From Eledone cirrhosa (lineage: Eukaryota): a DNA stretch of 64,000 nt. Made by a program: the position numbers and the translations under genes. The notes beneath the pieces are model-generated. The model saw nothing but the letters and a program-made list of their open reading frames with translations. It did no database searches and was not told the origin of the DNA. The stretch is taken from positions 345,898,001 through 345,962,000 of the forward strand of contig OZ024740.1 in NCBI GenBank assembly GCA_964016885.1, read 5' to 3'. Below are positions 1-12,886 of this stretch, piece after piece. The stretch's first letter is position 1. Each line of letters opens with the position of its first letter.

Positions 1-1916
1 TCAATTGAAAAGGAAGGGCAACTCTCTGAGCTTCAAAAATATGACCCTTCACTACTGGTAGGTAAAAACCCATGACATTGTGTAGCGAAAGCACCTGCAA
101 TTCTTCTTAGACAAGCTTTCCCTATTTCTGACTGAAGTATTAGACCGCTACCCATTAATATGGGACGAGAGCATTAAATCAAATGATAAAATTACAAGAA
201 CAAATATTTGTAGAATAGCCGAGCGTGGTTGTGGGCAACATGTATTTCCTCATCACAAAATCATATCAGAATTATACGTTTATGATATGCGTGACAGCAA
301 CAGAAAATGAATTGATCTTGTTGGGAATCACGTTTTTGTTTCCTTTGTCTCCACCCCTGAACGTATTCACCCCTTTTGCTGTAATTACCAAAATGTATGT
401 GAACATACATATTATGTGTCTCGTTGTCAAATTGAAGAGATATTTATGTTTTGTTTTTAAAGTCTGTTATTTTATTTGCATAAATTCGGATGTCCGATTT
501 ATTACTTTTTTTTTTCAAAATTGAGGCTGTTGTCGCTAGTCTCACTAATCTCTCTTTCACAAGCAAATATATGACCATTTATGTCTAAGATATAATGAAA
601 TCAAGTTTTGCCATATTAAAAATACAATTACGGACAACGATAAAGATGAATATATTCTTTAACCAAAATAAAAGTTTTGAATTTATGTAGTAGATATTTG
701 TTAGGACAACGAACGAAGAATATCCTTTTCATTATGTAAGGAAATGTGCCCAAACGAACTACAACAAATAATGGTAATTATTTGCATTTTATTCGTGAGA
801 GCAGCATTATTTTATCGATCTCAGAATGTTGAAAAGTAAAGTTGACCACGATGAAATTTAAATTCAGAATGGAGCAAATACTGTAATGGATATAATATGG
901 TGTTTCATGATTCACACAGTCCACCAAATCTCGGTCTATTTATTAGAAATTGCTCTCACACATCCCTAATATACAATCCAACGTGTCTTCTTAATAGATC
1001 ACATTACATAATATGGTCTAGATATACAGAGAGGAAAATAGAAAATAGACAAGATGGTAACGTCTTGTGTACCTTTCATCATAGATCTGTCAATCACTGT
1101 ACAATCACCTATATTATTTGGTTCACGTAAACTGCATTTAACGTTTTCAAAGTTTCAGTTATTTGAAAAACGAAACACAACAAAATATAAATAAATAAAA
1201 TAGACCAGAAGTAAAAAAAATAACTCTATTTCTCACAGTCAACATACTTTTTTCTTGTGGAGGAAATTTAGTCATCATTTCATGTGTTTCTTGATATTTT
1301 ATTTTACTTCCTTTATAGTAGTTTTTATTTCATTCCTTCATTCAGTCATTCAGTCTTCATTTATTCATTCATTCCTGTAAACACACTACATTGAATTCAG
1401 TTTATTCATTATGTGAAGAATGTCAATATTTATTTAATGCGCAGTTTTTAACAATGAATCTATTTTCGTTTTATTGTTTTCAATTAACTTCCTTTTAAAA
1501 CGGCCGTCAGCGCCATTTTGGTTGAAAGCAACATTTGTTTTCACATAAACACGTTTCCTTTATTATTATCTTTATTTTATTTAAATTTCCCTTTGTTGTT
1601 ATGAGGTGAGAAGTCTGCTTCCCCCTTTTTATAACTAGCTTTTTAATATGTCAACTAGTTTCCGCTATTTGCATATACTGTTTGTAAATATGCCGTTTCT
1701 TTTTGATATTCTGTGTTACTGCAAGCCATTGGACACGACGTGAATTCACTTCTTTACTATCAGCATCGGTTTATTTTACCCCCACATACGCAGGCCCGTA
1801 TTTATGCAAGCACAAGCACGTATACACATGCACACACACAAACACACACACACTAACTCACACATACATACACACACACAAACACACACATAAATGCACG
1901 CACAAACACACACACA

Positions 1917-2039
<123 letters not shown>

Positions 2040-2073
2040 AAAGAATAGAGGTGTAACACACAAGTTATTATAT

Positions 2074-2703
2074 ATTGGTAAACGGAATAGAAAATGCTGA
2101 CAAATTGTTCACAGTGAAAAATAGTTTAATTAGGAATAAATGAGAATTAGTAATTGTATTGGTTAGTATTCAGTTTTGGTTTTAAGTGTTACCGGTTGCG
2201 CATTTCTAAATGCGTTTCAAAAATAATTTTGAGATAGAGCGTCCGTGATGTTTGCTCTGATCTGATTAGTTTTGGGAATTCTACCTGTTTTTATGTTAAA
2301 AAAATGGCTCCAGCGCTATTAAAATTATTTTTTGCGCCAATTCGTGTTGCAAAAATTATTGTGGTCAAAACAATTTTGATTGGTCGGTAGCGGTCATGTG
2401 AATGTAAAAAATTGATTTTGCTCCAAGACTGAGAAATGACTCTTTCACAACAAATATGTGCGTGTGTGTGTGTGTGTGTAGTAGTAGTAGTAAAGTGTTC
2501 GTTGTTGTGATAATGGTTAGCAGGGATGTGTGTGCGAACCGCAGCCTGTTGACAGTTCAAATGCCTATTAAGACAAGTGTGTGTGTGTATATATAGCAGA
2601 GTAATTCGTGGTAGATGGATGGTCAGTAGGAATGTGTCTGTAAGGGAGTGAGGGATATTTTAACATGTCAAAAGATATTTTTCAGCTCTTGTCTTATACG
2701 GAG

Positions 2704-2780
<77 letters not shown>

Positions 2781-3005
2781 AGTCTCTCTGTATGTTAATG
2801 TACGCGTGTGTATGTGTGTGTGTATATGTGTGTGTGTGAGAGTGTGTGTGTGGGTGGACCAGTATTTTTTTCCTGGTAAAATAGTGTACATTATTCGATA
2901 TTTTCAGTAAAATCGATTCTCTAAATAGAACATCAAAAACCTTAACAATAAAAGGTGTGAAATGATATTCACTATATATTTATATATATATACATATATT
3001 CACTA
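2074..3005 (-). repeat. Left arm of ~0.95-kb outer inverted repeat (pairs with 7155-8177)
   Basis: TTGGTAAACGGAATAGAAAATGCTGAC... at 2075 is the reverse complement of 8150-8175; arms match inward to ATATTCACTA (~3004)/TAGTGAATAT (~7155). Arms differ by substitutions and (CA)n length. Confidence 0.93.
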
Positions 3006-3027
3006 TATATATATATATATATATATA

Positions 3028-5109
3028 TGAATATAGACATAGAATATTCGAAAATATTCTGTATGTTTATAAAAAACATTTTGAAGACCTAATCGCTATA
3101 GAATAGAATACGTCACGTATTACAATTAGATTCTCGATAAAAGCAAGGGAAGTAATCTACGCGTTTCATTCTTGTTAGAAATCATCAGGACTACATATCC
3201 AGTGCTTTTATCGAGAATGACACAGCTAGAGACTTATAGAATACTTAGCTGTGTACAGGAACTGGTTTGAAAGAGCGGTTGCCGGTCCGGCAGAAATTAG
3301 AAATTGGAATAAATGCTCTGAAATAGCGATATATATGTGAATATAGACATAGAATATTCGAAAATATTCTGTATGTTTATAATAAACATTTTGAAGACCT
3401 AATCGCTATAGAATAGAATACGTCACGTATTACAATTAGATTCTCGATAAAAGCAAGGGAAGTAATCTACGCGTTTCATTCTTGTTAGAAATCATCAGGA
3501 CTACATATCCAGTGCTTTTATCGAGAATGACACAGCTAGAGACTTATAGAATACTTAGCTGTGTACAGGAACTGGTTTGAAAGAGCGGTTGCCGGTCCGG
3601 CAGAAATTAGAAATTGGAATAAATGCTCTGAAATAGCGATATATATGTGAATATAGACATAGAATATTCGAAAATATTCTGTATGTTTATAATAAACATT
3701 TTGAAGACCTAATCGCTATAGAATAGAATACGTCACGTATTACAATTAGATTCTCGATAAAAGCAAGGGAAGTAATCTACGCGTTTCATTCTTGTTAGAA
3801 ATCATCAGGACTACATATCCAGTGCTTTTATCGAGAATGACACAGCTAGAGACTTATAGAATACTTAGCTGTGTACAGGAACTGGTTTGAAAGAGCGGTT
3901 GCCGGTCCGGCAGAAATTAGAAATTGGAATAAATGCTCTGAAATAGCGATATATATGTGAATATAGACATAGAATATTCGAAAATATTCTGTATGTTTAT
4001 AATAAACATTTTGAAGACCTAATCGCTATAGAATAGAATACGTCACGTATTACAATTAGATTCTCGATAAAAGCAAGGGAAGTAATCTACGCGTTTCATT
4101 CTTGTTAGAAATCATCAGGACTACATATCCACGCTATTTCAGGACTACATATCTACGCTATTTCAGAGCATTTATTCCAATTTCTAATTTCTGCCGGACC
4201 GGCAACCGCTCTTTCAAACCAGTTCCTGTACACAGCTAAGTATTCTATAAGTCTCTAGCTGTGTCATTCTCGATAAAAGCACTGGATATGTAGTCCTGAT
4301 GATTTCTAACAAGAATGAAACGCGTAGATTACTTCCCTTGCTTTTATCGAGAATCTAATTGTAATACGTGACGTATTCTATTCTATAGCGATTAGGTCTT
4401 CAAAATGTTTATTATAAACATACAGAATATTTTCGAATATTCTATGTCTATATTCACATATATATCGCTATTTCAGAGCATTTATTCCAATTTCTAATTT
4501 CTGCCGGACCGGCAACCGCTCTTTCAAACCAGTTCCTGTACACAGCTAAGTATTCTATAAGTCTCTAGCTGTGTCATTCTCGATAAAAGCACTGGATATG
4601 TAGTCCTGATGATTTCTAACAAGAATGAAACGCGTAGATTACTTCCCTTGCTTTTATCGAGAATCTAATTGTAATACGTGACGTATTCTATTCTATAGCG
4701 ATTAGGTCTTCAAAATGTTTATTATAAACATACAGAATATTTTCGAATATTCTATGTCTATATTCACATATATATCGCTATTTCAGAGCATTTATTCCAA
4801 TTTCTAATTTCTGCCGGACCGGCAACCGCTCTTTCAAACCAGTTCCTGTACACAGCTAAGTATTCTATAAGTCTCTAGCTGTGTCATTCTCGATAAAAGC
4901 ACTGGATATGTAGTCCTGATGATTTCTAACAAGAATGAAACGCGTAGATTACTTCCCTTGCTTTTATCGAGAATCTAATTGTAATACGTGACGTATTCTA
5001 TTCTATAGCGATTAGGTCTTCAAAATGTTTATTATAAACATACAGAATATTTTCGAATATTCTATGTCTATATTCACATATATATCGCTATTTCAGAGCA
5101 TTTATTCCA

Positions 5110-5116
<7 letters not shown>
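3028..5116. mobile_element. 310-bp tandem array in inverted arrangement (~3.5 units minus, ~3.1 units plus), one hammerhead per unit; retrozyme-like
   Basis: ATATAGACATAG recurs at 3031, 3341, 3651, 3961; inverted units start CGCTATTTCAGAGC at 4156, 4466, 4776, 5086; (TA)n on both sides. Confidence 0.93.
4290..4332 (+). ncRNA. Type-I hammerhead ribozyme (also 4600-4642, 4910-4952 on +; 3152-3194, 3462-3504, 3772-3814, 4082-4124 on -)
   Basis: GTAGTC-CTGATGA-T-TTCT-AACA-AGAA-T-GAAA-CGCG-TA-GATTAC: stem I GUAGUC/GAUUAC, intact core, palindromic stem III ACGCGU, GUA cleavage triplet. Confidence 0.9.
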
Positions 5117-5144
<28 letters not shown>

Positions 5145-5149
<5 letters not shown>

Positions 5150-7131
5150 TGTTGCACCATAGAACATGTGTGTTTACGTATGTCATTGTGTTTATATGTG
5201 GGTAGAGATGTGTGCTGATGTAGGTATGTATGTTGACGTGTGTATGTTGTGGGTTCGTCTTAGGGAGAAGTGTTTAGACGGGGTCCGTATTTGTTAATAA
5301 AGTAAGATTCCTTGCTGATGTGCTGGGTGTGGGTGGCATTATCTTTAAATTTGTAGAGGGGAAAGATTCTGAAGTTGGGATGATTTTGTGCGGCAGCGGT
5401 ATCAATGTGTTCACTCAGTGGTATTTTCCTGTATTTTAATTTGGGATCTATGGACAGTCATGCGTTGGCGGAGGCTGTTTTTGGTCTGGCCTATGTAGTG
5501 TTCTCGACAACCTGAGCAAGTTAATACATATATTAGATTTTCCGATGCACATGTGAAATTGTGTTTTACTATAAAACGTTGTCCTTCTTTGAAATAGAAT
5601 TCCGAACCCTCTATTAGGTTGATGCAAATGCCACAGTTGGGTCTCTCACACTGTTTGCTGTGGGTTTCGTTGTTGTGGTTGGCAGTACTTTGGCATGTGT
5701 TAGGATGTTTTTCATTGACTTAGATTGTCTTTTTCTCTTTATGATATCGTGTGTTCGTAGGATTTGGTTCATTCTATGGTCCTTTTTCAACATGGATGTT
5801 CTGAAGGATGGTGTCAAAGCCCTCATTGTTGAGGGCGTTTGGTGTGGAGATGTATGGAAGAGCTTTTAGTTTCTGTTGATTTACTTTAGGGTGTCTAAGG
5901 TCCTGGGTACTGAGTTTTAGGGCACGTTGGATTCCATTGTCAATTAGTGATGCAGGGTAGTCCCTGCCTATGAGTGTGTCCTTTAGTTCTTGTAGCCGTA
6001 AGTAACAGGTGTTTTTATTGGAGACTATAGTACAGATTCTCTTGGCTATGTTGTAGGGAATATTAATTTTAACGTGTCTAGGGTGGCAAGAGTTGAAAGG
6101 AAGATATTGCTTGGAGTCTGTGACTTGTAGTATATGTCTGTTTCTATTTTTTTGTTATGGATCTTAATGAGGATGTCGAGGAAGGGGAGTTGTTGATGGC
6201 TGTATTCCATCGTGAAGTTAATATTCGTGTTGAGCCCATTTATAAGGGTGTGAAATTCTTTAAATTTTTCGATGTTTTCGTGCCAAAGGATGAAGTAGTC
6301 ATCTAGATATCGCTTCCAGTTCCTTTCTATGTGTAAGTGGAGAGCGTTTCCAAATTTGTTTAGGACTTTAGTGTAGTGGGTGATTTCGAGGTATCCCATG
6401 ACTAGGTTGGCATAAGTGGGGGCTGTTTTCGTTCCCATAGCGGTCCCAGATTTCTGCCTGTAGGGTTTGTTATTGAAAACGAAGTAATTGTTCTCCAAGA
6501 TAAATTTGAGTCCCTCTATCACGAATTCTTTTTTGATGCGTTGTGGGAGTTCATTGTGGAAGTTATCCAGCCAGAATTGGATAGCTTCTATTCCTAGGTT
6601 GTGGGGGATGTTAGAGTATAAGTTGACTACATCGAACTTCACTAGTAGGGTTTGTTCAGAAAGTGGCATATTAGGGAGGTGATTGAGCATATCTAGGTCG
6701 TCCCTTATATAGCTTTTGATGTATTTGAGAAAGGGCTTAAGAAGGGTATCAATGAAGTTGCTAAGGCGGTGGGTTTCGAAAGCGTGGCCTTCTATTATAG
6801 GTCTTAATTTGAGATCATTGGGTGAGGGGACATTGATGACTATGTCTGTGGCTTCTTTGCATGCCTTACTTATTAATTCCCTTTTATGTAATTTAGGGAT
6901 ACCGTAGAAAAGGCTGGATTTACTTGTGAAGTCTGTGATGAAGCTGAATTCCTTGTTAGTGAATCTTACTTTATTAACAAATACGGACCCCGTCTAAACA
7001 CTTCTCCCTAAGACGAACACACAACATACACACGTCAACATACATACCTACATCAGCACACATCTCTACCCACATATAAACACGATGACATACGTAAACA
7101 CACATGTTCTATGGTGCAACACAAACAAAAT
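5145..7131 (-). mobile_element. 5'-truncated Penelope-like retroelement (RT + GIY-YIG) with inverted copy of its 3' end
   Basis: RT motifs KFDVVNLYSNIP, GTAMGT, WKRYLDD, LPFLD; GIY-YIG NLIYVLTCSGCREHYIGQT at ~5485-5545; 5146-5310 is inverted at 6961-7125; (TA)n flanks. Confidence 0.93.
6046..6690 (-). pseudogene. PLE reverse transcriptase fragment (frameshifted before the endonuclease)
   Basis: 214-aa ORF with PLE-type RT motifs; coding similarity continues in other frames on both sides. Confidence 0.9.
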
Positions 7132-7154
7132 ATATATATATATGTATATATATA

Positions 7155-7546
7155 TAGTGAATATATGTATATATATATATATAGTGAATATCATTTCACA
7201 CCTTTTATTGTTAAGCTTTTTGATGTTCTATTGAGAGAATCGATTTTACTGAAAATATCGAATAATGTACACCATTTTACCAGGAAAAAAATACTGGTCC
7301 ACACACACACACACATTCTCACACACACACACATTCTCACACACACACACATTCTCACACACACACACATATATATATACACACACACATACACACGCGT
7401 ACATTAACATACAAAGAGACTTATACACACACACACTTCTCCGTATAAGACAAGAGCTGAAACATATCTTTTAACATGTTAAAATATCCCCCACTCCCTC
7501 ACAGACACATTCCTACTGACCATCCCTCTACCACGAATTACTCTGC

Positions 7547-7598
<52 letters not shown>

Positions 7599-7610
7599 CA
7601 CACCCGCACG

Positions 7611-7664
<54 letters not shown>

Positions 7665-7756
7665 TCTAATAGGCATTTGAACTGTCAACAGGCTGCGGTT
7701 CACACACACATCCCTGCTAACCATCATCAGAGACAACGAACACTTTACTACTAATA

Positions 7757-7796
<40 letters not shown>

Positions 7797-8171
7797 TTGT
7801 TGTGAAAGAGTCATTTCTCAGTCTTGGCGCAAAATCAATTTTTTACATTCACATGACCGCTACCGACCAATCAAAATTGTTTTGACCACAATAATTTTTG
7901 CAACACGAATTGGCGCAAAAAATAATTTTAATAGCGCTGGAGCCATTTTTTTAACATAAAAACAGGTAGAATTCCCAAAACTAATCAGAGCAGAGCAAAC
8001 ATCACGGACGCTCTATCTCAAATATATTTTTGAAAAGCATTTAGAAATGCGCAACCGGTAAAACTTAAAACCAAAACTGAATACTAACCAATACAATTAC
8101 TAATTCTCATTTATTCCTAATTAAACTATTTTTCACTGTGAACAATTTGTCAGCATTTTCTATTCCGTTTA

Positions 8172-8177
<6 letters not shown>
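7155..8177 (+). repeat. Right arm of outer inverted repeat; carries a variant hammerhead-like motif at 8027-8063
   Basis: Reverse complement of 2074-3005; TTT-TTGAAAA-GCATT-TAGA-AATGC-GCAA-CCGG-TA-AAA. Confidence 0.9.
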
Positions 8178-8228
<51 letters not shown>

Positions 8229-8233
<5 letters not shown>

Positions 8234-8537
8234 GAAATAGTATTTCTCTTCAAGCATAGCTTTATACAATATGTATAGAAACTTCGTATTTCGAAAGAAA
8301 TACGATTTTAGGAAGCCGTAGCTATGCGAACATCGGGGGGCTGACGGCGTCTGGTGTTTTCCAGCAGAAGCAAGGAGGACAAACGTCTATACATTTCAGG
8401 CTTGACTAGCCATCGTCAGGACGATCCCTCCCACTGCCCTGCGACTGCTGGACAACAGCAGAGGGCGTTACCCCCCCCCGGTGTTCACATAGTTACGGCT
8501 TCCTAAAATCATATTTCTTTCGAAATACGAAATTTCT

Positions 8538-8543
<6 letters not shown>
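8229..8543 (-). mobile_element. Small fold-back element in (TA)n with hammerhead at the hairpin apex
   Basis: 8271-8340 and ~8471-8543 are inverted repeats differing mostly by transitions; inner imperfect pairing continues to the HHR. Confidence 0.85.
8384..8423 (-). ncRNA. Type-I hammerhead ribozyme
   Basis: Minus strand: CGTC-CTGACGA-T-GGCT-AGTCA-AGCC-T-GAAA-TGTA-TA-GACG; stem I CGUC/GACG, intact core. Confidence 0.87.
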
Positions 8544-8590
<47 letters not shown>

Positions 8591-8592
<2 letters not shown>

Positions 8593-10254
8593 TAATTTAA
8601 TATATCAACTAACATAAGCGCACAGATGCACGCCCATGCCAGCAAATACACAGGTTATGTCATAGTACCTAGGTGGTTCAATGCAGGAGAATGCAGAACA
8701 ATAATATAAAGGACGTAAAATAAGAAAATATTTTTAAAAAAAAATTTAAAAAAAATTTTTTTGCTACTTAAATTTTCACTCCAACTAATTAGTTTCTGCA
8801 ATGGGATAAAGACAGTTACGTAATCCAACTGTCGAGAATTCATTGCGTCATCAGGGAGTCTATTCTCAGTTAAGTCTCCAGGCAATGCGCGGACACTGGC
8901 GGCTCATATAAAAATAATAATAATTCGGTAGATCGAACAGCTTGCGAGGACTGGATTCTATGTACCGAAATTCTCACTGCTTCAAGTCAAATGGCCGATT
9001 CTAAAGAATCAATCACGTGACATAGAGGCTAGTTAGAAGGAATGGGATGGTAAGATGACTGACGCCTACTAACACCCCAAAAAAATTTTTTTAGAAGTGG
9101 TTTTGACAAGTTTGCTCGACAAATCAGTGATTTGGAGATAAATATAGATAATTTAATATATCAACTAACATAAGCGCACAGATGCACGCCCATGCCAGCA
9201 AATACACAGGTTATGTCATAGTACCTAGGTGGTTCAATGCAGGAGAATGCAGAACAATAATATAAAGGACGTAAAATAAGAAAATATTTTTTTAAAAAAA
9301 TTTAAAAAAAATTTTTTTCCTACTTAAATTTTCACTCCAACTAATTAGTTTCTGCAATGGGATAAAGACAGTTACGTAATCCAACTGTCGAGAATTCATT
9401 GCGTCATCAGGGAGTCTATTCTCAGTTAAGTCTCCAGGCAATGCGCGGACACTGGCGGCTCATATAAAAATAATAATAATTCGGTAGATCGAACAGCTTG
9501 CGAGGACTGGATTCTATGTACCGAAATTCTCACTGCTTCAAGTCAAATGGCCGATTCTAAAGAATCAATCACGTGACACAGAGGCTAGTTAGAAGGAATG
9601 GGATGGTAAGATGACTGACGCCTACTAACACCCCAAAAAAATTTTTTTTAGAAGTGGTTTTGACAAGTTTGCTCGACAAATCAGTGATTTGGAGATAAAT
9701 ATAGATAATTTAATATATCAACTAACATAAGCGCACAGATGCACGCCCATGCCAGCAAATACACAGGTTATGTCATAGTACCTAGGTGGTTCAATGCAGG
9801 AGAATGCAGAACAATAATATAAAGGACGTAAAATAAGAATATATTTTTTAAAAAACTTGTCAAAACCACTTCTAAAAAAATTTTTTTGGGGTGTTAGTAG
9901 GCGTCAGTCATCTTACCATCCCATTCCTTCTAACTAGCCTCTGTGTCACGTGATTGATTCTTTAGAATCGGCCATTTGACTTGAAGCAGTGAGAATTTCG
10001 GTACATAGAATCCAGTCCTCGCAAGCTGTTCGATCTACCGAATTATTATTATTTTTATATGAGCCGCCAGTGTCCGCGCATTGCCTGGAGACTTAACTGA
10101 GAATAGACTCCCTGATGACGCAATGAATTCTCGACAGTTGGATTACGTAACTGTCTTTATCCCATTGCAGAAACTAATTAGTTGGAGTGAAAATTTAAGT
10201 AGCAAAAAAATTTTTTTTAAATTTTTTTTAAAAAATATTTTCTTATTTTACGTC

Positions 10255-10260
<6 letters not shown>
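8591..10260. mobile_element. 556-bp unit family, insertion A: ~2.3 tandem units (minus) + inverted partial unit (plus), HHR in each full unit
   Basis: GATAATTTAATATATC at 8591, 9147, 9704; inversion junction at ~9853; (TA)n flanks. Confidence 0.92.
10107..10188 (+). ncRNA. Hammerhead ribozyme with extended stem II (also 8778-8859 and 9334-9415 on -)
   Basis: ACTCC-CTGATGA-C-GCAATG..GACAGTT..AACTGTC..CATTGC-A-GAAA-CTAATTAG-TT-GGAGT; palindromic stem III, GUU triplet. Confidence 0.9.
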
Positions 10261-10296
<36 letters not shown>

Positions 10297-10429
10297 GTAT
10301 ATATATAACATATATATATAGAAGGAAACTTTTCTAGCTCTCTTGAAGTAATTTTTTTAACAAAACAAATATATATATGTATGTGTGTATGTGTGCGTGT
10401 GTGTGTGCATGTGTGTGTATGTGTGTGTG

Positions 10430-10715
10430 TAAAAGTAAAACATAAATAACAAAAAAATAACAAAATTGAGAACATCAAAGAGATATAACCTTTCAGCGCA
10501 TGAAATCTGTGGAAGAGATTCTTAACGTTTCGGACAATGTTTCTTCTCAGAAGATAGAGTTGGAAATAGAAGATAAATAGTAATTAAAGAGTGATGAGAG
10601 GAATGGAAAGGGGAAAATGAAAAAAATAAATTTTGGGGAGAAAAAAAGACACACGTGCATATTCATTCGGCCATATATATATATTTCCTTCGAATGAAGC
10701 AGTTTTAGTCCTGTA
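10430..10715 (-). repeat. Decayed HHR-bearing repeat related to 13133-13350
   Basis: Minus strand TCTT-CTGAGAAG-AAACATTGTCC-GAAACGTT-AAGA (~10519-10553); similar 3' tail (TTGTTATTTATGTTTTAC). Confidence 0.55.
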
Positions 10716-10718
10716 GAA

Positions 10719-11031
<313 letters not shown>

Positions 11032-11343
11032 CGATTCCAACCGTGACTATCCCCACTGATAGTTTCGTGAAATAGTCTTTTTAAGACTATACAGAGCATT
11101 TGTAGTTTTTCCAAATTGAAGGATGAGTATTTAAATTTTATTTTGTTCTGGGTTAAGGGTCTATTGATTTTTCCCTGGATTTCACAATGTTCTGCGGATA
11201 AATCTATGTCTTGATATTTTTTTAATTGAGTTTGAATTATTTTCGCACATCTTACGTTAACTATTTTTCCATTTTGACGTTATAGTCACTTATATATTAT
11301 GAAATATTGTTGGCTTCACGCTCACAATAATTTATATACTTTC

Positions 11344-11419
<76 letters not shown>

Positions 11420-11499
11420 GGGTGTAAGCGAACATAATATGCATTTTAAGTGTATAGTACACAACAACAATAATTTTTTTCATGACACAAAAAAATATT

Positions 11500-12200
11500 T
11501 TCCATCCTTTTGTTGTACTTGATCAATTTCGCTTAAGACAGCTTTTCAAATGTATGTTTTTAATACATAATTAACCAGATTTCCATTTGTAATGTTATTC
11601 TCGCCTATGTTTGTAAAACAAATGACGCAACTGGTTTGATCTTTGTCACTTATATCGAGGAATAAACACAATCATTTGCAAAGGACGTAACTCTGGTCTG
11701 ACCAGGTATTAAAGATTATGTGTGAAACGTCTTCTGATTTTTTCCCGAAATTTTCTAAAATGTTTTTTGTCGATGCCTTTTTTCCTGGTGTTGACTGGCA
11801 ACATTTGTTGAATGGGAAGACATTGGAATTTGGTAACGTTTGCTCTGCGCAATCTTGTACATGTTGGCTAAGGTGATCATTCTTGTATATGGACCCCTAA
11901 TTTGTTAGCGATAAACTGTCATTCTTTGTTTCGCCAATGTTGTGTTATAATATATTAAATTCTCTGAGTTTCACGAGAAGTGATTTAAAATTTTGAAAAT
12001 AGAACCATCTTTGATCTGAAATTCCTGGCCTTCTAATAGATAGTTGCACACCATGCAATTATGTTGATTGCATCTTTTCACACCAGGTTCTTTGATTCCG
12101 TTTTGCAGCTTTATTTGTATATTTTTTAGTGACTTAGGTTGTTGCTTACTTTTTATAATTGGGTATTGTCGTAAGAGGTAATTCTTTCTTTTCACTTTAG
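11500..12200 (-). mobile_element. Decayed PLE 3' part (GIY-YIG region) with U3-A8 hammerhead variant in its 3' UTR (11516-11555)
   Basis: ORF 11971-12195 ...KSKQQPKSLKNI..GVKRCNQHNCMVC.., IGETK downstream; TACAT-TTGAAAA-GCT-GTCTTA-AGC-GAAA-TTGA-TC-AAGTA. Confidence 0.7.
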
Positions 12201-12831
12201 TCGGATAGGTTCGTTCAGTTGCATGTGTGTATGTAGAATTATGTGTTCTTTAGTACAAACTAAAATAAAAATTCATACATTTCAACTTTTGAACTCCGTG
12301 GTTTCAAATTATTGAAATACTCTTTTAATATTTTTAATATATTTATTTTCACTTAAATAAAATAATTTATTCACTTTTACATTTATTCAATTTTTCCCGC
12401 ATTCCATTATCTCGGTACTGCTATCTCTCCATAATTTAAGTGTTAACACCATTTTTGTTTTTGTAATTCATTCGGTTTATTCCCTTGGTAACATTTGATT
12501 TATACCGTCAAACGAGACAAAGAGAAGATATGTGATCCTAATTATGTGAAGTATAGTGGTACGAACATAATTATTAAATACAAAATTGCCGACTTAGCGC
12601 GTTTCATCTATATAAACCTATTTTCAAAATGTTTAGATGTTCAGTAATATCTACACGCATTCGATGAGAGAAGAAAAATAATTATTATTTGATTAATTTA
12701 ATGATTGGTAGAATTTGATACATAAATTAGAATATATCAAATATGATGTTCATATGTATGTATGCATGCATGTATGTATGTATGTAGCATGCATGCATGT
12801 AAGTATGCATCTATGAATGTATGTATGTATG

Positions 12832-12882
<51 letters not shown>

Positions 12883-12886
<4 letters not shown>

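Noticed and set aside
3028-5116. CRISPR-like or plain satellite array
   Set aside because: No unique spacers; eukaryotic context; HHR and inversion fit a retrozyme better.
8655-10308. Repeated 75-76-aa ORF MPGDLTENRL...
   Set aside because: TTG start, overlaps the HHR, and not conserved as protein in the diverged family copies.
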